Shown piece by piece: positions 1 through 13,337 of a stretch of DNA of 64,000 nucleotides. Numbering within the stretch: position 1 is the first letter of the stretch; each line of letters opens with the position of its first letter. Source of the DNA: Chrysomallon squamiferum (lineage: Eukaryota; Animalia; Mollusca); the NCBI GenBank assembly GCA_012295275.1, contig CM022673.1, positions 15,500,001 to 15,564,000 on the forward strand, read 5' to 3'. Under the pieces are notes generated by a model, which was not told the origin of the DNA, ran no database searches, and saw only the letters and a list, made by a program, of their open reading frames with translations. The position numbers were made by a program, and so were the translations under genes.

Positions 1-587
1 GTGTGTGTCTATGTGTGTGTGTGTCTAGGTGTGTGTGCGCGTGTGTCTCATTAAAATAGATGTCTTTCTCTTTCTTTTTTTTTTTCTTTTCTTTTTTTTT
101 CTTTTTTTCTTTTATATTTAATAGTATTATTATTTTGTTCTTTAATGTAATAATAATAATAATGAAGATCATGTGAGTAATAATAATGTCTGTAAAATAA
201 TAATAATCTGAATCTTTCAGGAATTGTTCTTTTAATAGGACTTTTATATTTTATACAATATTCAGTAATTCTGTTCAAAATGAACGATAATGTCTAGTAT
301 TTCTGATAATGACAAAGATGTTGATTTATTTAGTGACGTTAAATGACAAATATCAGCAAGATTTCCAGTTATATGTATTTGTTGGTAAAAATGCAAAACC
401 TATGCAGTTGTTAATCTTTGGTGTGTTTTTTTTTCTTTGGGGGGGTTGTTGTTTTTATGTTGTTGTTTTACTTTGTGTAGTTTTTGTTTTCTGTTTTTTG
501 TTGTTTACTTTTGCTTGTTTATTTGGTGTGTTTTTTGTGGTGGGTAGTTGTAGTAGTATAATAGTAGCAGTAGTAGTAGTAGTAGTA

Positions 588-845
588 GTATTCACGATTG
601 CATGAACCGGAGATTTTTCAGTCACTTTCATATTTTTAAATAAAAGTAATTTACTACAGAGATCATCAGTTTCACTTTTTTGTTAATAGTAGTAGTAGCA
701 GTAGTGACAGTAGTAATAACAGTAACAGTAGTACTAGTAGTGACAGTAACAGTAGTCGTATTCACCATTGCATAAGGAGGAGATTTTTCAGTCAGTTTCA
801 TATTTTTAAATAAAATAATATACTGAAGACATCAGCAATTTTCTA
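588..845. repeat. Two-copy tandem duplication (about 170-bp period) interleaved with (AGT)n microsatellite
   Basis: gtattcacgattgcatgaaccggagatttttcagtcactttcatatttttaaataaaa at 588 recurs as gtattcaccattgcataaggaggagatttttcagtcagtttcatatttttaaataaaa at 758. Confidence 0.8.
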
Positions 846-1162
846 GTATTACATTACTGCAAGGCATGAAACTTTTATTATGTTGTTTCCTTCGTTTTCA
901 TTATTTATCTATTATATACCATGACAGGAAATACAGTGTCTGTAAAATAGTGTCATTAGTTCAGAGTACGAGATATTTTAAAATGTATTACCGGCAGAAA
1001 AGGAAATTTGACAGAAAAATGTAAATTAGAGCTATCCATAAAATGTGGAAATATCATCGGTTTGTTTTTAGGGGTAGGAGTTGTAATTGTGTTTCTATCT
1101 ATATATGTATGTATCTGTGCCTATGTACATATGTACGTATGTACGATGTACGCCTATGTATG

Positions 1163-1232
<70 letters not shown>

Positions 1233-1920
1233 TAGATAGATAGATGGATAGACAGGTAGTTAGATTCATACATACATACATAAATAAAAACGAAAAAACA
1301 TATATACTTACATATGCATACATATTTGATGTATGTATGTATTTAAGAATTAATTAACGCACTGGCACAGGAAATTCTTTTATTATTTAAAAAGAATTAA
1401 TCATTTTCTTATTTTATATCTAGGGATTCGATTTAATTTAAAACTGACCATTGTGATTTTTATTGCAGTATGCTATGGTCTTTTGTGTATATATTTATTA
1501 ATTTGTTATCATATTTAAAAAAAAAAACATTAAAAAAATATTTAAATGCATGAAACCTTTTAAATTCAAACGCATTCAAACATGCTTAAAAATACATTAA
1601 TGGAGCAAAACAGTACATTTCTAAATCTATTTAAAACTATTTCAAAAACTATTTTGAAAGTACCATTTCTAAAAATATCTATAAAATATTGTGATATTTG
1701 ATACCAATATACTTCTAGAAAAAACACAGTTCAAAGATCTATTTAAAACTATTTTAAACTCTATTTAGACGATATCCATTTCTCAAAGTCTGGAAAAAGG
1801 TAACATTTCAAAAAAAACATTCCAAAAATTTCGTCGAAACATGACATATCTTTTATAAACATCTTAAAACATTTCCTTACATTTTATTGAATTAATTCTT
1901 AAATCCCTTGGATGGGCTGA

Positions 1921-3870
1921 TTATTCTGAAAATCGCGTAGGGACTAGAATGTCTTTTAGACTTGGTTTTCTTCTGTAAGCTGTGACGAGACGTGCTGTTA
2001 GTGGATTTTTCGTAGTAGTCTGTTAGTTAAAATATTGCTCTTTCATAATTTTACCAACGTCGACGTTGCGGCGATTGTAAATTATTGGGAAAATTATTTT
2101 ATCCCTGTCTTTACATTTTCCCGATTCAACATTTATTCCAAGTGGTTTTGGGGTTTGTAACGTTCGAATCCAAAACGCTTCTCGTTCAAGTCTAAAAAGG
2201 TCGGTTTCAGTTTTGGACTCGAGAATGGGCGGTTGCTGTATTGGGATTATTTCAAAATGATCCTTCGGTATATGACCAGGCAGGTTAAAATGTTTGGCGA
2301 CAGGAATGTCAACTTCTTTCCTAATATCGTATTTGTCACAGGCAGTTCTAACTCGTAACATATTTTGTGTGTGGCCGACATACTGGGTTTTTTACAAACG
2401 TTTAACAAATACACAACATATTTGGAATCGTAGACTAGGTTAGTTCGGATTTGATATTCACTTTTTGTTTTTCGCTACTGAACGTAGACTGAGATTTTAT
2501 TACTTCGTGAAGCCTGCATCTGGTCTTTTTGCAGACCACTGTAGATCCGGTACCCAAGTGAGGTGGAGTATTATGTTGGATTTTATATGGTTTGAATGTG
2601 TCTGTTGGATCCAAGGGTTTTTCTATTTCTATGATGGCTTTAGATTTAATTTTTAATTTAAAAAAACTCGTTTTGAATAACCTCTCGATTTCAAAGCGCA
2701 AAATAGGGCATTATTAAAATGTTCTTTGTTACTCAAATTTCTGTGAAACCTTATGAGATTTAACAATACCTTTAACTGTATGATGGGATGAAATGATTTA
2801 TAATGCAGCAGTTGGTGAGTGTCCGTAGGTTTAAAAAATACTTTATAATTTAAGTAATTTGATTTTTCAAACGGTATACCTTTGTAAATTGTTACATCCA
2901 AATAAATTTACGTTTGAACTGATATTGTGGCTTTAAGTTTTATATTATCATTTTGTTGATTTAATAATTCAAAGAATTTCCAAAATTCGTCTTTAGATGG
3001 TTGCCAGATAATAAGAATGTCATCTAAATATCTGAGATATAAAAATGACTTCTTGCCTACTTTGTTCAATGCCGCTTCTTCACATTCTGCGATATAAATG
3101 GAGGCAAAATTTGGGCTGAAACATTTCCCTGTTAATTTCAAAGTCCTTACCCTTTAAGCTTAATTCAAGTAATTCCATAATAATTTCGGTTGGTCTCTCT
3201 GTATCTGGATATTTTTCGAACACTCTCTCAAGAGATTCTGTGCCTGCATCGTTGTTTGTGTCAGTGTGCATAGAATCAATATCCAGTGTGACTAAAAAGG
3301 AGTTTGGTGGTATTTTTGTTTTACATATTTTAAATAAAAGATCGACTGTATTTTTAACAAAACTAGCATTTGGCTTTAAATACGAGTCAGTGTATTTGGA
3401 AATGTTATAAGATTCCGATCCACAATCACAGATGATTGGTCGAACTGGTGGTTTGTTGATATCTGTCAATGTTTCAGCTGGCTTCTCTATCTTTGGGAGT
3501 AAATAAAATGTTCTAGTCTGAGAATCAAATTGTGATGCAAGATAGTTCATCTGTTTTTTGTTTATATTAACCTTTTCCTGTAGACGAACAATAATTCTGT
3601 TGAATTTTTTATTGGTTGGCCAAATGGTTTCGTCTACTTTTTTATAATATTTCGTATTATTTAGTTGTCTATGGACATGGCGGATGTAATTTTCCCTTGA
3701 TAAAATAGTTGCTGATCCTTTGACTACTATTTGGGGATTTTTGCGTAGACTGTTGAGATCTCGTCGTTCTATAACCAAGAGATTTTGTTTATTTGAATAA
3801 GCCATTAATTCTCCAACATTTTCATATACTTTTCGGTAAGTTTTAACGATCTCGGGATCAATTTTTGAAT
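1921..3870 (-). mobile_element. Decayed Penelope-like retroelement (Neptune-like): RT + Cys linker + GIY-YIG endonuclease, frameshifted and 5'-truncated
   Basis: Minus-strand fragments show PLE RT motifs FYLLPKIEKP, PPVRPII, LVTLDIDSM, FSPNFASIY, YLRYLDDILIIW, LDVTI and FKPTDTHQLLHYKSFHP. Linker VCKKTRCRLH. GIY-YIG motifs YVVYLL..QYVGHT..LRVR, VAKHFN and REAFWIRTLQT..PLGIN. The frame continues through one premature stop (2023-2025) to TAA at 1921-1923. Flanked by (TACA/CATA)n microsatellites. Confidence 0.93.
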
Positions 3871-4131
3871 ATATACACATACACTGATACATCCATTCGT
3901 CCATCATCCATCCATCCATCCACACGTATATACTAACATATAAACACACACACACATACATTACATACATATATAAATATATACATACATACATATACAC
4001 ACATACATTACATACATATATAAATGTATACATACATACATACATACATATATGTTCATCATATAATATATATTAACATGCATACAAACACACATATATG
4101 CATACAAATATCTTTATACGTCATCCGACTT

Positions 4132-4160
4132 CGGGCCATACGTTCGATTCTCGTCAGCCG
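4132..4160 (-). ncRNA. Degenerate minimal type I hammerhead ribozyme motif, probably in the Penelope pseudo-LTR
   Basis: Minus strand reads cgg-CTGACGA-gaatc-GAA-cgtatg-gc-ccg: stem I cgg/ccg, intact CUGANGA box, 1-bp stem II with 3-nt loop. GAAA lacks one A and the NUH site reads GGC. Same strand as the PLE ORF and just 5' of it. Confidence 0.55.
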
Positions 4161-4470
4161 CATCTGAGGGGGTTGTAAGGTAATGATTGGACTTTGTGCT
4201 CCGGTTCCAGTATATTCCCAAATATTGTTTATTACAGAATCTAATCAGATGCACAAAAGACTGAGGAACTTTGAAAATCAAAAATACATACATACATACA
4301 TACACACATTTATGCATATTCTTTGTTGGTTAATTTCACAAAACAGAATAAAATTTACATTTTATAAATAGACATTATGTCTCTTTTTTTTCTTTTCTTT
4401 TCTTTTTTTCTTCTTTTTTTGATAACGAAATTTATATGATGATACAAAAATAAAATATGTTATAAAATAA

Positions 4471-4506
<36 letters not shown>

Positions 4507-5519
4507 CGTTCTTAGTGTTGTGTTTTTGACAGAAAAATGATTAACGAAACCGCAATGCTAATCAGAACCTCTGTAATATAATAGAGTATCTCGTTTTCAT
4601 TCTCCAGAACGAGAATCACTTCGCTTTATTTAATGTGACACCGTAAGTATTTTTTTTCTAATCTTCTACAGTTTATTTTTCATATCCTAAACTTTTGTTT
4701 TAATTTTTGTCTTGCACCTAATATCCTATTTCTGCTATCACCATACAACGTATACTAATACTACTACTTCTACTAGCACAACTACTACTGTTCTATTACC
4801 ATTATTATGTCTACTACTATTAGTACTATTATTACATCGACTACTGGTAATACCTCTAGTACTATTACTACCGCTACTACTGAAATTATTATTTCCGTAC
4901 TATTACTACCAATAATAATAATAGTAATAATAATACTGCTTCTATTAAACTACTATTATTACTTCAACTACTAGTACTGCTACTACTAATACCATTATAA
5001 CTTCTATTAATACTATTCCCACTACTACAACTGCTACTATTACTACTAATAATACTACTGCTTCTGCACCTGCCATTATTACTTCTACTAATAATTTTGC
5101 TACCACTGCTACTACTATTACTGCTAATACAACTACCATTATTACTTCTACTACTACTACTGCAATTACTATTTTTGTTTTATTGCTACTATTACAACAA
5201 CTACTGCGTCAACAGCTACCACTACTGTTGTTGCTCGGAACAAATTATGACTTTTGATATAAATTAGTTACCTCTTCTGAAATGATCAAAAAATACATCC
5301 TTATGATTATATTAGACATACATACATATATGTGTACATAATACTATTATAAGTAGATACATACATATATACTTACATTCTTCCATACTGACATATATAC
5401 ATAAACCCACTTACATACATAATACCATTTAATATACACATACACACATGTTTATCACGTACATATACATGGATACATTCATGCATGCATGCATACAGAA
5501 ATGTTACTGTAGGCGTGCG

Positions 5520-5653
<134 letters not shown>

Positions 5654-6145
5654 ATTTGTTGATGTGTCTCCAGCGCTGTTGTTGACATATATCTCGTCTG
5701 AACGTGCCGTAACAGCTACTTTGCTGTATTTCCCACACAGCTTGTATAGCGTTACCTGAAGGCCTTAAGTGTTAGAGGTTTATGAGGACGTACACACTGA
5801 GTAACGATTAATGGATAATTTAATATCAAATTATTATGTCGGTAAACTCAGTTTAACTATGTGTTTTGTTTCAGAGGTTTGAATACAATTTTAATAGATT
5901 GAAAACACTGTCTGCGATGTTTATGGTGAGACGGAAATTACCTTAACAAGAATAATTAAAATATCGCAAGTTCATGCTTTTGAAATAATTAAAATTCCTT
6001 TTTTTTTTTTTTGTTGTTGTTGTTGTTGATTTTTTCTAATTTATTTATTTATATTATTTTCTGTTGTTGCTGCTTTTTGTTTTTGTTTTTGTATTATCAT
6101 TATTATTTTTAATTTTTATTTTGTTTATTTTTTTATTGTTCACAG

Positions 6146-6395
6146 ATGAAATTACTTATCCTGAATTTCCTCATCTTTGTAGTGTCTCTTACTTTTTCCA
6201 AAAAGACCGGTGAGAATACTATTTCTATTTTGTTGTTTTATATTTTAGTTCGTGAGGACAAAGGTACTGTTTCCTTAAACTAGTATATCACAAAAATGTA
6301 CAATGAGGACGCATCAGGAATATTATTTATTTGGTTATTTTGTATTATCATCATAATCATCATAGATATTATAATTATTTTAATATTATTATTAC

Positions 6396-6460
<65 letters not shown>

Positions 6461-6538
6461 ATTTCAACAGTGTATGTGTGTGTGTTTGTGTGTGTGAGTG
6501 TTTGTTTATACAGGTACGTATATATGTAGGTTGTTAAG

Positions 6539-6574
<36 letters not shown>

Positions 6575-8017
6575 TGTATTTCTGCAAACTTCGATTTGGC
6601 CTTTTTTATCCGCGTCTGAAAAGCCACTAAGTTTATATTATTATTTTTGACTGATGAATTTACTTAGCATTATCTGATATATGCCTGTTTACCAAATCCT
6701 GTCTTTTATTCCTCTTCTGATTATATTTAAAAGGTGATTGTTATACAGTCGTAAAAAATACGGCTCAATATACTGGTCACGTAAGAACTAGTAGATCTGG
6801 ACATATTTGTAAAAGATGGAGTGTCGTCGATAGCTCGGATCATATCTATGTCGCTGATAAAAAGGTTCCTGGGGGTTCTGTGTACGATGCGGCAAATTTC
6901 TGCCGCGACCCATCATCTTCTGGTTATTCGTGGTGTTATCTCAACGTTACACATATGATGTGGCAACCATGTAACATTCCGAAGTGTCCGAGGGAAGGTT
7001 GGACAACGACTATTATTATTATTTTGATTTGAGTTTTAGTTGTTATTATCATCATCACCATTATCATAATCGTTATTATTATTATTATTATCATCATATC
7101 TTCATCATCATCATTATAGTTATTGTTATTATTATAGACCCAATCACATGTTGTATTACACCCAATGGTGAGAGGGTTATATACAAGGGTACAAAAGACA
7201 CTGCAAAAAATGGTTCTAAATGCAAGCATTGGTCAGAGGTATATAGTCTCTTGGACAGTTATCGGTTTCCATACGACGCATCTGTGAAGGCCGCGCAGAA
7301 TTACTGTAGAGATGCAGATAAATCAGGTCGGTTATGGTGTTTTATTGAAGGTGATCATGTAGCTTGGGAATATTGCAATGTTCCGGAATGCCCAGGTCTG
7401 TGAAACTTGTATTATAATTATTATTATAAATGTTCTTCAGGCTGTTCTTCATTTACTGTCTGTATGTTAAATAAAACAACAACAAAAACAAACAAATATA
7501 TACTAAATTAAATAAAAAGAAATAAGTAGTTCTTTTCCCATAGCATAATACCCTCGATAAAATTTATTCGTAATTACAAATACGAAAGCCTCTCTCTTTT
7601 ACTCAAGACTTAAATACTAAAATTACTTCAGTAATAACAGTTTAATTATTTCACTAAACAATCATAAAATAAAAACGTTTTCATAATCTGTTAAATACAC
7701 TGATTAAATGATGGTTCACTGATGTGCAAATCAGTCTATTATTTTGGAAATAACATTCCGTTCCAGAATGTTACACTGTAAAAGACCGCATGGCCCAATA
7801 CAATGGAATGACGTCGGTTACACATTCAGGAAAAATATGCCAACGATGGGACCAAATGACTCCTCATCCCCATGCTTTCATGAAGTCTGAATTATATCCG
7901 GAAAAAAATGTGATATCGGCTCAGAACCTTTGCCGTGACCCCGATAAGACTGGCTATCCGTGGTGTTACACTCTGACTACGACGAGATGGGAAGGTTGTG
8001 CAATTCATAAATGCTAA
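6146..8017 (+). CDS. Secreted three-kringle protein, 278 aa, no protease domain; CDS join(6146..6209,6734..6997,7138..7395,7767..8017)
   Basis: Signal exon MKLLILNFLIFVVSLTFSKKT directly after cacag|ATG. Three phase-1 GT-AG kringle exons with the kringle Cys pattern and signatures NFCRDPSSSGYSWCY, NYCRDADKSGRLWCF and NLCRDPDKTGYPWCY. The joined CDS is 837 nt, open, and ends TGC TAA. A possible upstream exon lies at 5875-5925. Confidence 0.88.
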
Positions 8018-8398
8018 CGTTAGTGTTTTATTTCTGCTTTATTTGAAACGCTGCAGTACAAAATGATTCAGTACATAAATGTATAAAGTCTAGAGATTCA
8101 TAATGAAACGAATCTCAAAGTATACTTCATTGCTAATCAAAAGTAATGACTGTCACTACTTATAGGGTTTGTGAGATACATCTTGGTTTTGTTTGTTTTT
8201 TAATTCTTTTGCATGGATAATGTAACTTAGATGGAATAATTTTGATAGAATATTAGTTTGAGTTAAACAGCTTATAATTATTTTATTTTGTACTAAAAAG
8301 CTATATACAGAATATAAACACATACACACACACATTCACACGCACACGTACACATAGACACACTTATATAAAAACCAAAAAATACCCATACAAACATA

Positions 8399-9094
8399 TA
8401 TTCCATGCCTCAAGGGAGAAGAGACGGAAACAATTATTTCATTATAAAAAGTATCAAATTGATTGACAAATCTTCCAACCCATAGTCATTTCACTCAGTT
8501 TATAAAAGCATTAGCATCAGTTTAAAGAATAAGGAAGTTTAAAATCAATTTTGGAAATAGGTAAATTAATATTGGATTTGAAGCAATGTGCCCAGTCAGT
8601 GTAACGTCCGTCACGAAAAAACTAGATTGTTTATGTGAGAAGAAAATCTGAAGGTATAATCATGTACTTTCTAATTGCCAAGGGGAAGTTTAAAAATATA
8701 TCACCCAAGCACACTCTCTATATTTGAGAGAGAAAAGAAAACTGTAAATACAGTAACATCCGTCACATTCAAATAAATCAAGAAAGGTTTTTACTAATGA
8801 CTCATTTATTTAATATTTGTTGTTTGCACAATTTATAGATTTCAGATAATTCTGAAATGAAGTTAGTTGGTTTTCATCCATGTGCTTTGGATGTAACATC
8901 CGTTACACTTATCTTTCTCATTACCTGTCAAGCCATATATATCCATGGACTCTTTTCTCTATGACTCCAAATAGATGTTGCAATAGACAAATATTTTACT
9001 GAGGGCCATGTTGCTGAGTACGAGGACAGCAATCAAGCAAGCTGGGATGGCGTCCAACCCCTCTGAATGTAACGTCAGTCACTATGGAATTGCC
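8399..9094. mobile_element. Non-autonomous DNA transposon relic with four internal 14-bp direct repeats
   Basis: GTAACRTCCGTCAC-like motifs at 8601, 8753, 8893 and 9069. Right end tatggaattgcc with a partial inverted match attcca at about 8400. Sits between CA/TA microsatellite flanks. Superfamily not established (the terminus resembles Sola-type ends, from memory). Confidence 0.5.
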
Positions 9095-9632
9095 TATATA
9101 CACGCACGTACCCCTATACATGCATGAATCCATGTTTGTTTACATTAAAGGATAACGATGAAAACGTATTACGATATACAATTCAGTATTTGCCATGTGA
9201 ATGTATTTAGTCGAAGACAAATGTGTTTTGTTTGATGACGCCTCCATATTTGATAGGGTGCTGCTTATGACGTGAAATGTCCAAATCTTTGTCGATCTAT
9301 TCTATAGCGATTTCACAGTAGATTTGATTTTTGCAAGTAGACTGCATAGCTGTTTTAAATTTGTCTTGACTCATAAATAAATTATTATTATTATTATTAT
9401 TATGATTATTATTATTATATAACAATTCAAAGTAATTAGCAAATAATATATTTATATATTAGTATTTATAATTTCAGAATAAGAAAATACATCAGATCCA
9501 AGAAACAATGAAAACAATGATTGAGAAAACTGACCTATTCAATAAAAATACATATCCAGTTCTTTCAACTTTGTTATTATTTTTCACTGTATTTGTTTTT
9601 GTTTTGTTTAATTTTCTTTGTTTTCTTCTCTT

Positions 9633-9673
<41 letters not shown>

Positions 9674-10052
9674 CATTTCTTTCTCTTTTACGTCTTTTCA
9701 GTGAAATGTAAGTACATTTTATACTTAGTAAAAATTTCACCAACTAATGAAGCATTATCAACAGTATTATTTATAGATTATGTCTATATTGCCGCAAAAA
9801 AACCCTACAAATTATGCTGGATAGCGATTCATAAAGCAATCGCAGAATAGGAACAGACTTAACATGGACAAGTCTCTTTCGGTCGATTCTAATGTGATCT
9901 CCCATTTGTGACGATTTTCTTTGTTGCCTTCCCCCATGATCACTCAAAAAAATAATAATAATGATAATAAAAAAATAAAAAAAAAATAAAAAAAGAGTAA
10001 CCATTTATAACATTATGAATTACACTCGACCTATTTATTTATTTATTTATTA

Positions 10053-10117
<65 letters not shown>

Positions 10118-10479
10118 TCTTAAATATAATAAAAATAATAATGTTAATAATAATTTTAAAATATTAGTTTTCCTGGATGCGTTGCAACAGAAACAGATTT
10201 AAAGTAATTATATGCAGCTTGAGACAAATAATAATAGTTAATTATTATTATTATAAGTAGTAGTAGTAATAGTAGTAATAACAGTCGTTGTAGTAATAGC
10301 AGTAATACTGGTCAAAATGTTGTAGCAGTATTCGTAATGCGAAAAATAGAAGAAAGAATGTTAGATTATAGTAGTAGTAGCAGTAATAGATTTGGTAGCA
10401 ACAGTTGCAGCATCGGCAGTGGTACTAGTAGCAGAAGTATAGTTGCAGCAGCAATAGCAGTATTCGTTCCAAGAAAAAG

Positions 10480-12945
10480 GCGGATCCTCAGTTTCAACAG
10501 GCCATCCCTTCCTGAATCTGTTAAAACTGGGTATTTAAAAATAGCTGTTGTGTCCTATGTTCCAAACCGTTTGCGGTGTTACAAATGTCAAACATTTGAC
10601 ACGGACAAAATGCATGCCGAAACAAACTGACATGTACTCGTTGTGGTCAATTTGATCACGATAGCAAAATATGTCGAAATGACATCGTATGCACCAACTG
10701 CAGGAGAAAACATTTCGCGTATTCGCGAGAATGTCCGAAAATATAAAAGCAGGTGCAGCATGTTAAAGTTGAAAATCATCTTGCGTATCCTGATGATAGA
10801 AAACATGTAGAATTCACTTCACACTGCATCTGTGAAAGTATCTAGAAGTAAAGACAGACTTAAGTTGGCCAGTAGATGCATACAATTTTAAGAAAGTATC
10901 AGAAATAAATAAAAAAGCTCAGAAACAAGCTGCATAACATATCAGTGGAACTGTCGTGATCTTAGGCCCAACATCTACGATTTAAGTATTTTGATTCAAA
11001 AATATAATCCTGCTGCAGTTTCTTTTCCGGAAATATTTCTGAAGGGAATCTGAAGGATTTAACCTCTGTTATAAATTTAATGAAGCTGAACGTAGGGTTT
11101 CTAGGGGTTTTCCATCACAGTTAATGAAGACTTTGCCCAGAATATAGTTTAGTTAAATACTAATTTACAGACTGCGTTAGGTATATTAACCTCCACGAAA
11201 TCATTTTAATTTTAATCCTAGAGTTCTTCAGGATCTCTTTTATCAACTCTAAACACCTTTTATAGTGATGGGAAATTTCAATGGTCACCGCAAATTTTTG
11301 GGATCCGACGATGTAAATAATAAATGTCAATAATTAGAAAACTTATTCTTAAAAATTAGATTATTTTATTTAATAACGAACGCCGTACATATTTTCTTTC
11401 TGTTACTGGTTCTTTCACATCACTCGTTCGGTACATTAGGAAAGTAGGTACATGACCACTTCCTATCTTTTTAGAGAATAATGGACCGCCCTCACTTAAT
11501 ACGGTTCAGAGATGGAAGTTAACAAGGGCAGACAGGGATTAATTTCGGCATCTGCAGCAGCAGCAGTCGGCAGTAATCTTAATTTGCCATTACTGACGCT
11601 GATGATCCCATGTCTTTGTAAACTTTCATCCTGAAAAGTAGTGCCGATTAAACAGTTCCTAAGAGTTCAACAGTTCGAAACCTTTTTCACAAACCATGGT
11701 TTAATGACTCGTTTAGAAATACAGTAAAAGGGCGAAACAGGATCCTTCAGAGTTTCAAGCGAGAGCCTACGAGGAATAACCTGGATAATTATCACCTTGT
11801 TAGGGCTATAGCTCGTACAGAGAAGAAGTCGTCTTAGAGAAATTACGCCTCAGACTTCTTGTAAATGTGTCTGAAATAGAATCCGTTAGACCAAGGAGAA
11901 AGAATCCAGTAACATTATCGATCACTTGCATGTCGATGACATAAATGTCACATCTTAATGCTATGGCAGATAATTTTTCTGATAATTCTTCTCTTTTTTT
12001 TTAATAAAGCTGAAAAGCAATCTGTTAGATTTAAATCTGGAAAAAATGAGATATACCACGAGTATTTTCTATGGAAAAGCTACAGGATGCTCGTCGCAGA
12101 TCTCACTATACTGCAGCAGGTTCAGATATAAGATTTCTATAGTTGTTGACATGGACAAAGTATATGATACAATATGGCAGCACGGGTTTCTGAAGGACCT
12201 ACAGGGTTTCATGCTTAGATGTTTCTTACCTGATTTTATTTCAAATTTTCAAGTGATATATCCTTTAAAATTAGGAAAGGGGCAACTTTCTCTGACCTAC
12301 ACCATCAGGACATGGTGTCTCAGGGTAGTATCCTGTCTGTTACATTATTTTCTGTCAGTGTTTAAATCCTGATGTTAATTTGTTTTGAATATGATGACGA
12401 TTTCCAAATTTGCTATAAATCAGCCAATGTGAGTATAACTGAATGTAAATCGCAGCTGTTAGCTGAATAAATTTCATACCTATCTGCAGATGGTTGATCC
12501 TATCACACAAACAGGAGATTATACTTTTAGAGCATCTCTTCTTGACATTTGGTAAGACGATGCACTCGAACTAGTCTGGATGCCAGACGTTCTAAGTTAT
12601 CTCTTCAGTAAGCTTCTGCTACAGTGTTCCCATCTGAAATATAAGCAATCACTGATGCCCTGGAAAAATAAATGAGTATTCAAATTCATTATTATTACAG
12701 ACTTACTTTAGTGACTCAAGGCCTTACACAATATAAGACTGAAAGATCCCTTAATTGGTGCTAAGAGGGTGGGGTTTTTTATCATCTAAAAAGCATGTAC
12801 TACTGTGTTGGTTACCGAGTCGTGTTGGTAATAGCGGCAATGAAAAGGCACACCTAGCTGCCAAGGCTGCATTGAATTTACCTCATGCTAGTATGGATAT
12901 CCCAGATATGTATTTATGTGATGGGGTGTCGTTAAACAAATAAAC
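10480..12945 (+). mobile_element. Decayed I-group LINE (ORF1 zinc knuckles; ORF2 APE-RT-RNase H), internally deleted
   Basis: ORF1: PNRLRCYKCQTF, CTRCGQFDHDSKIC, CTNCRRKHFAYSRECP. APE: QWNCRDL (about 10943), MGNFNGH (about 11268), HDHF (about 11451). RT: DMDKVYDTIW, SQGSILS, YDDDF (about 12389). RNase H: CWLPSRVGNSGNEKAHLAAKAAL. Many stops and frameshifts. Confidence 0.9.
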
Positions 12946-13291
12946 AATTCAGCTCAATTCAGTACTTGTAGTGTGAAAAATAGGTAGAAAAAATACAGAA
13001 GAAAGATTGTTAGACAGAAAGACAATGGATTATAAAAAAGAGCAAAACTAGAGAGTGAAAGAAAGAAATGAAAAATAAAACTAAATTTTGAATGTTATTA
13101 CCCTATTTTTACGCAGTTATTTTCTAATGGAAAAAACGTCAGCGATGTTGAAAGAATCGAATATCTTCGTTTTATTGATCAAGTCAGTTTTCATAATGAT
13201 GTTTTCATTTCACTGTAAGATTTTCTTAACCTGAAATTAAGATACAAATATATTAATCGAATATATACTAAGCACTTACATAGATAATGAC

Positions 13292-13337
<46 letters not shown>

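Noticed and set aside
6984-7137. N-terminal His/Tyr-rich extension of the kringle-2 ORF
   Set aside because: It lies in a 140-nt microsatellite intron with GT-AG ends and is out of frame with kringle 1.
8601-9082. CRISPR-like repeat-spacer appearance
   Set aside because: Repeats are only 14 bp, spacers are 126-162 bp and unequal, there are no cas genes, and the context is eukaryotic. Better explained as transposon internal repeats.
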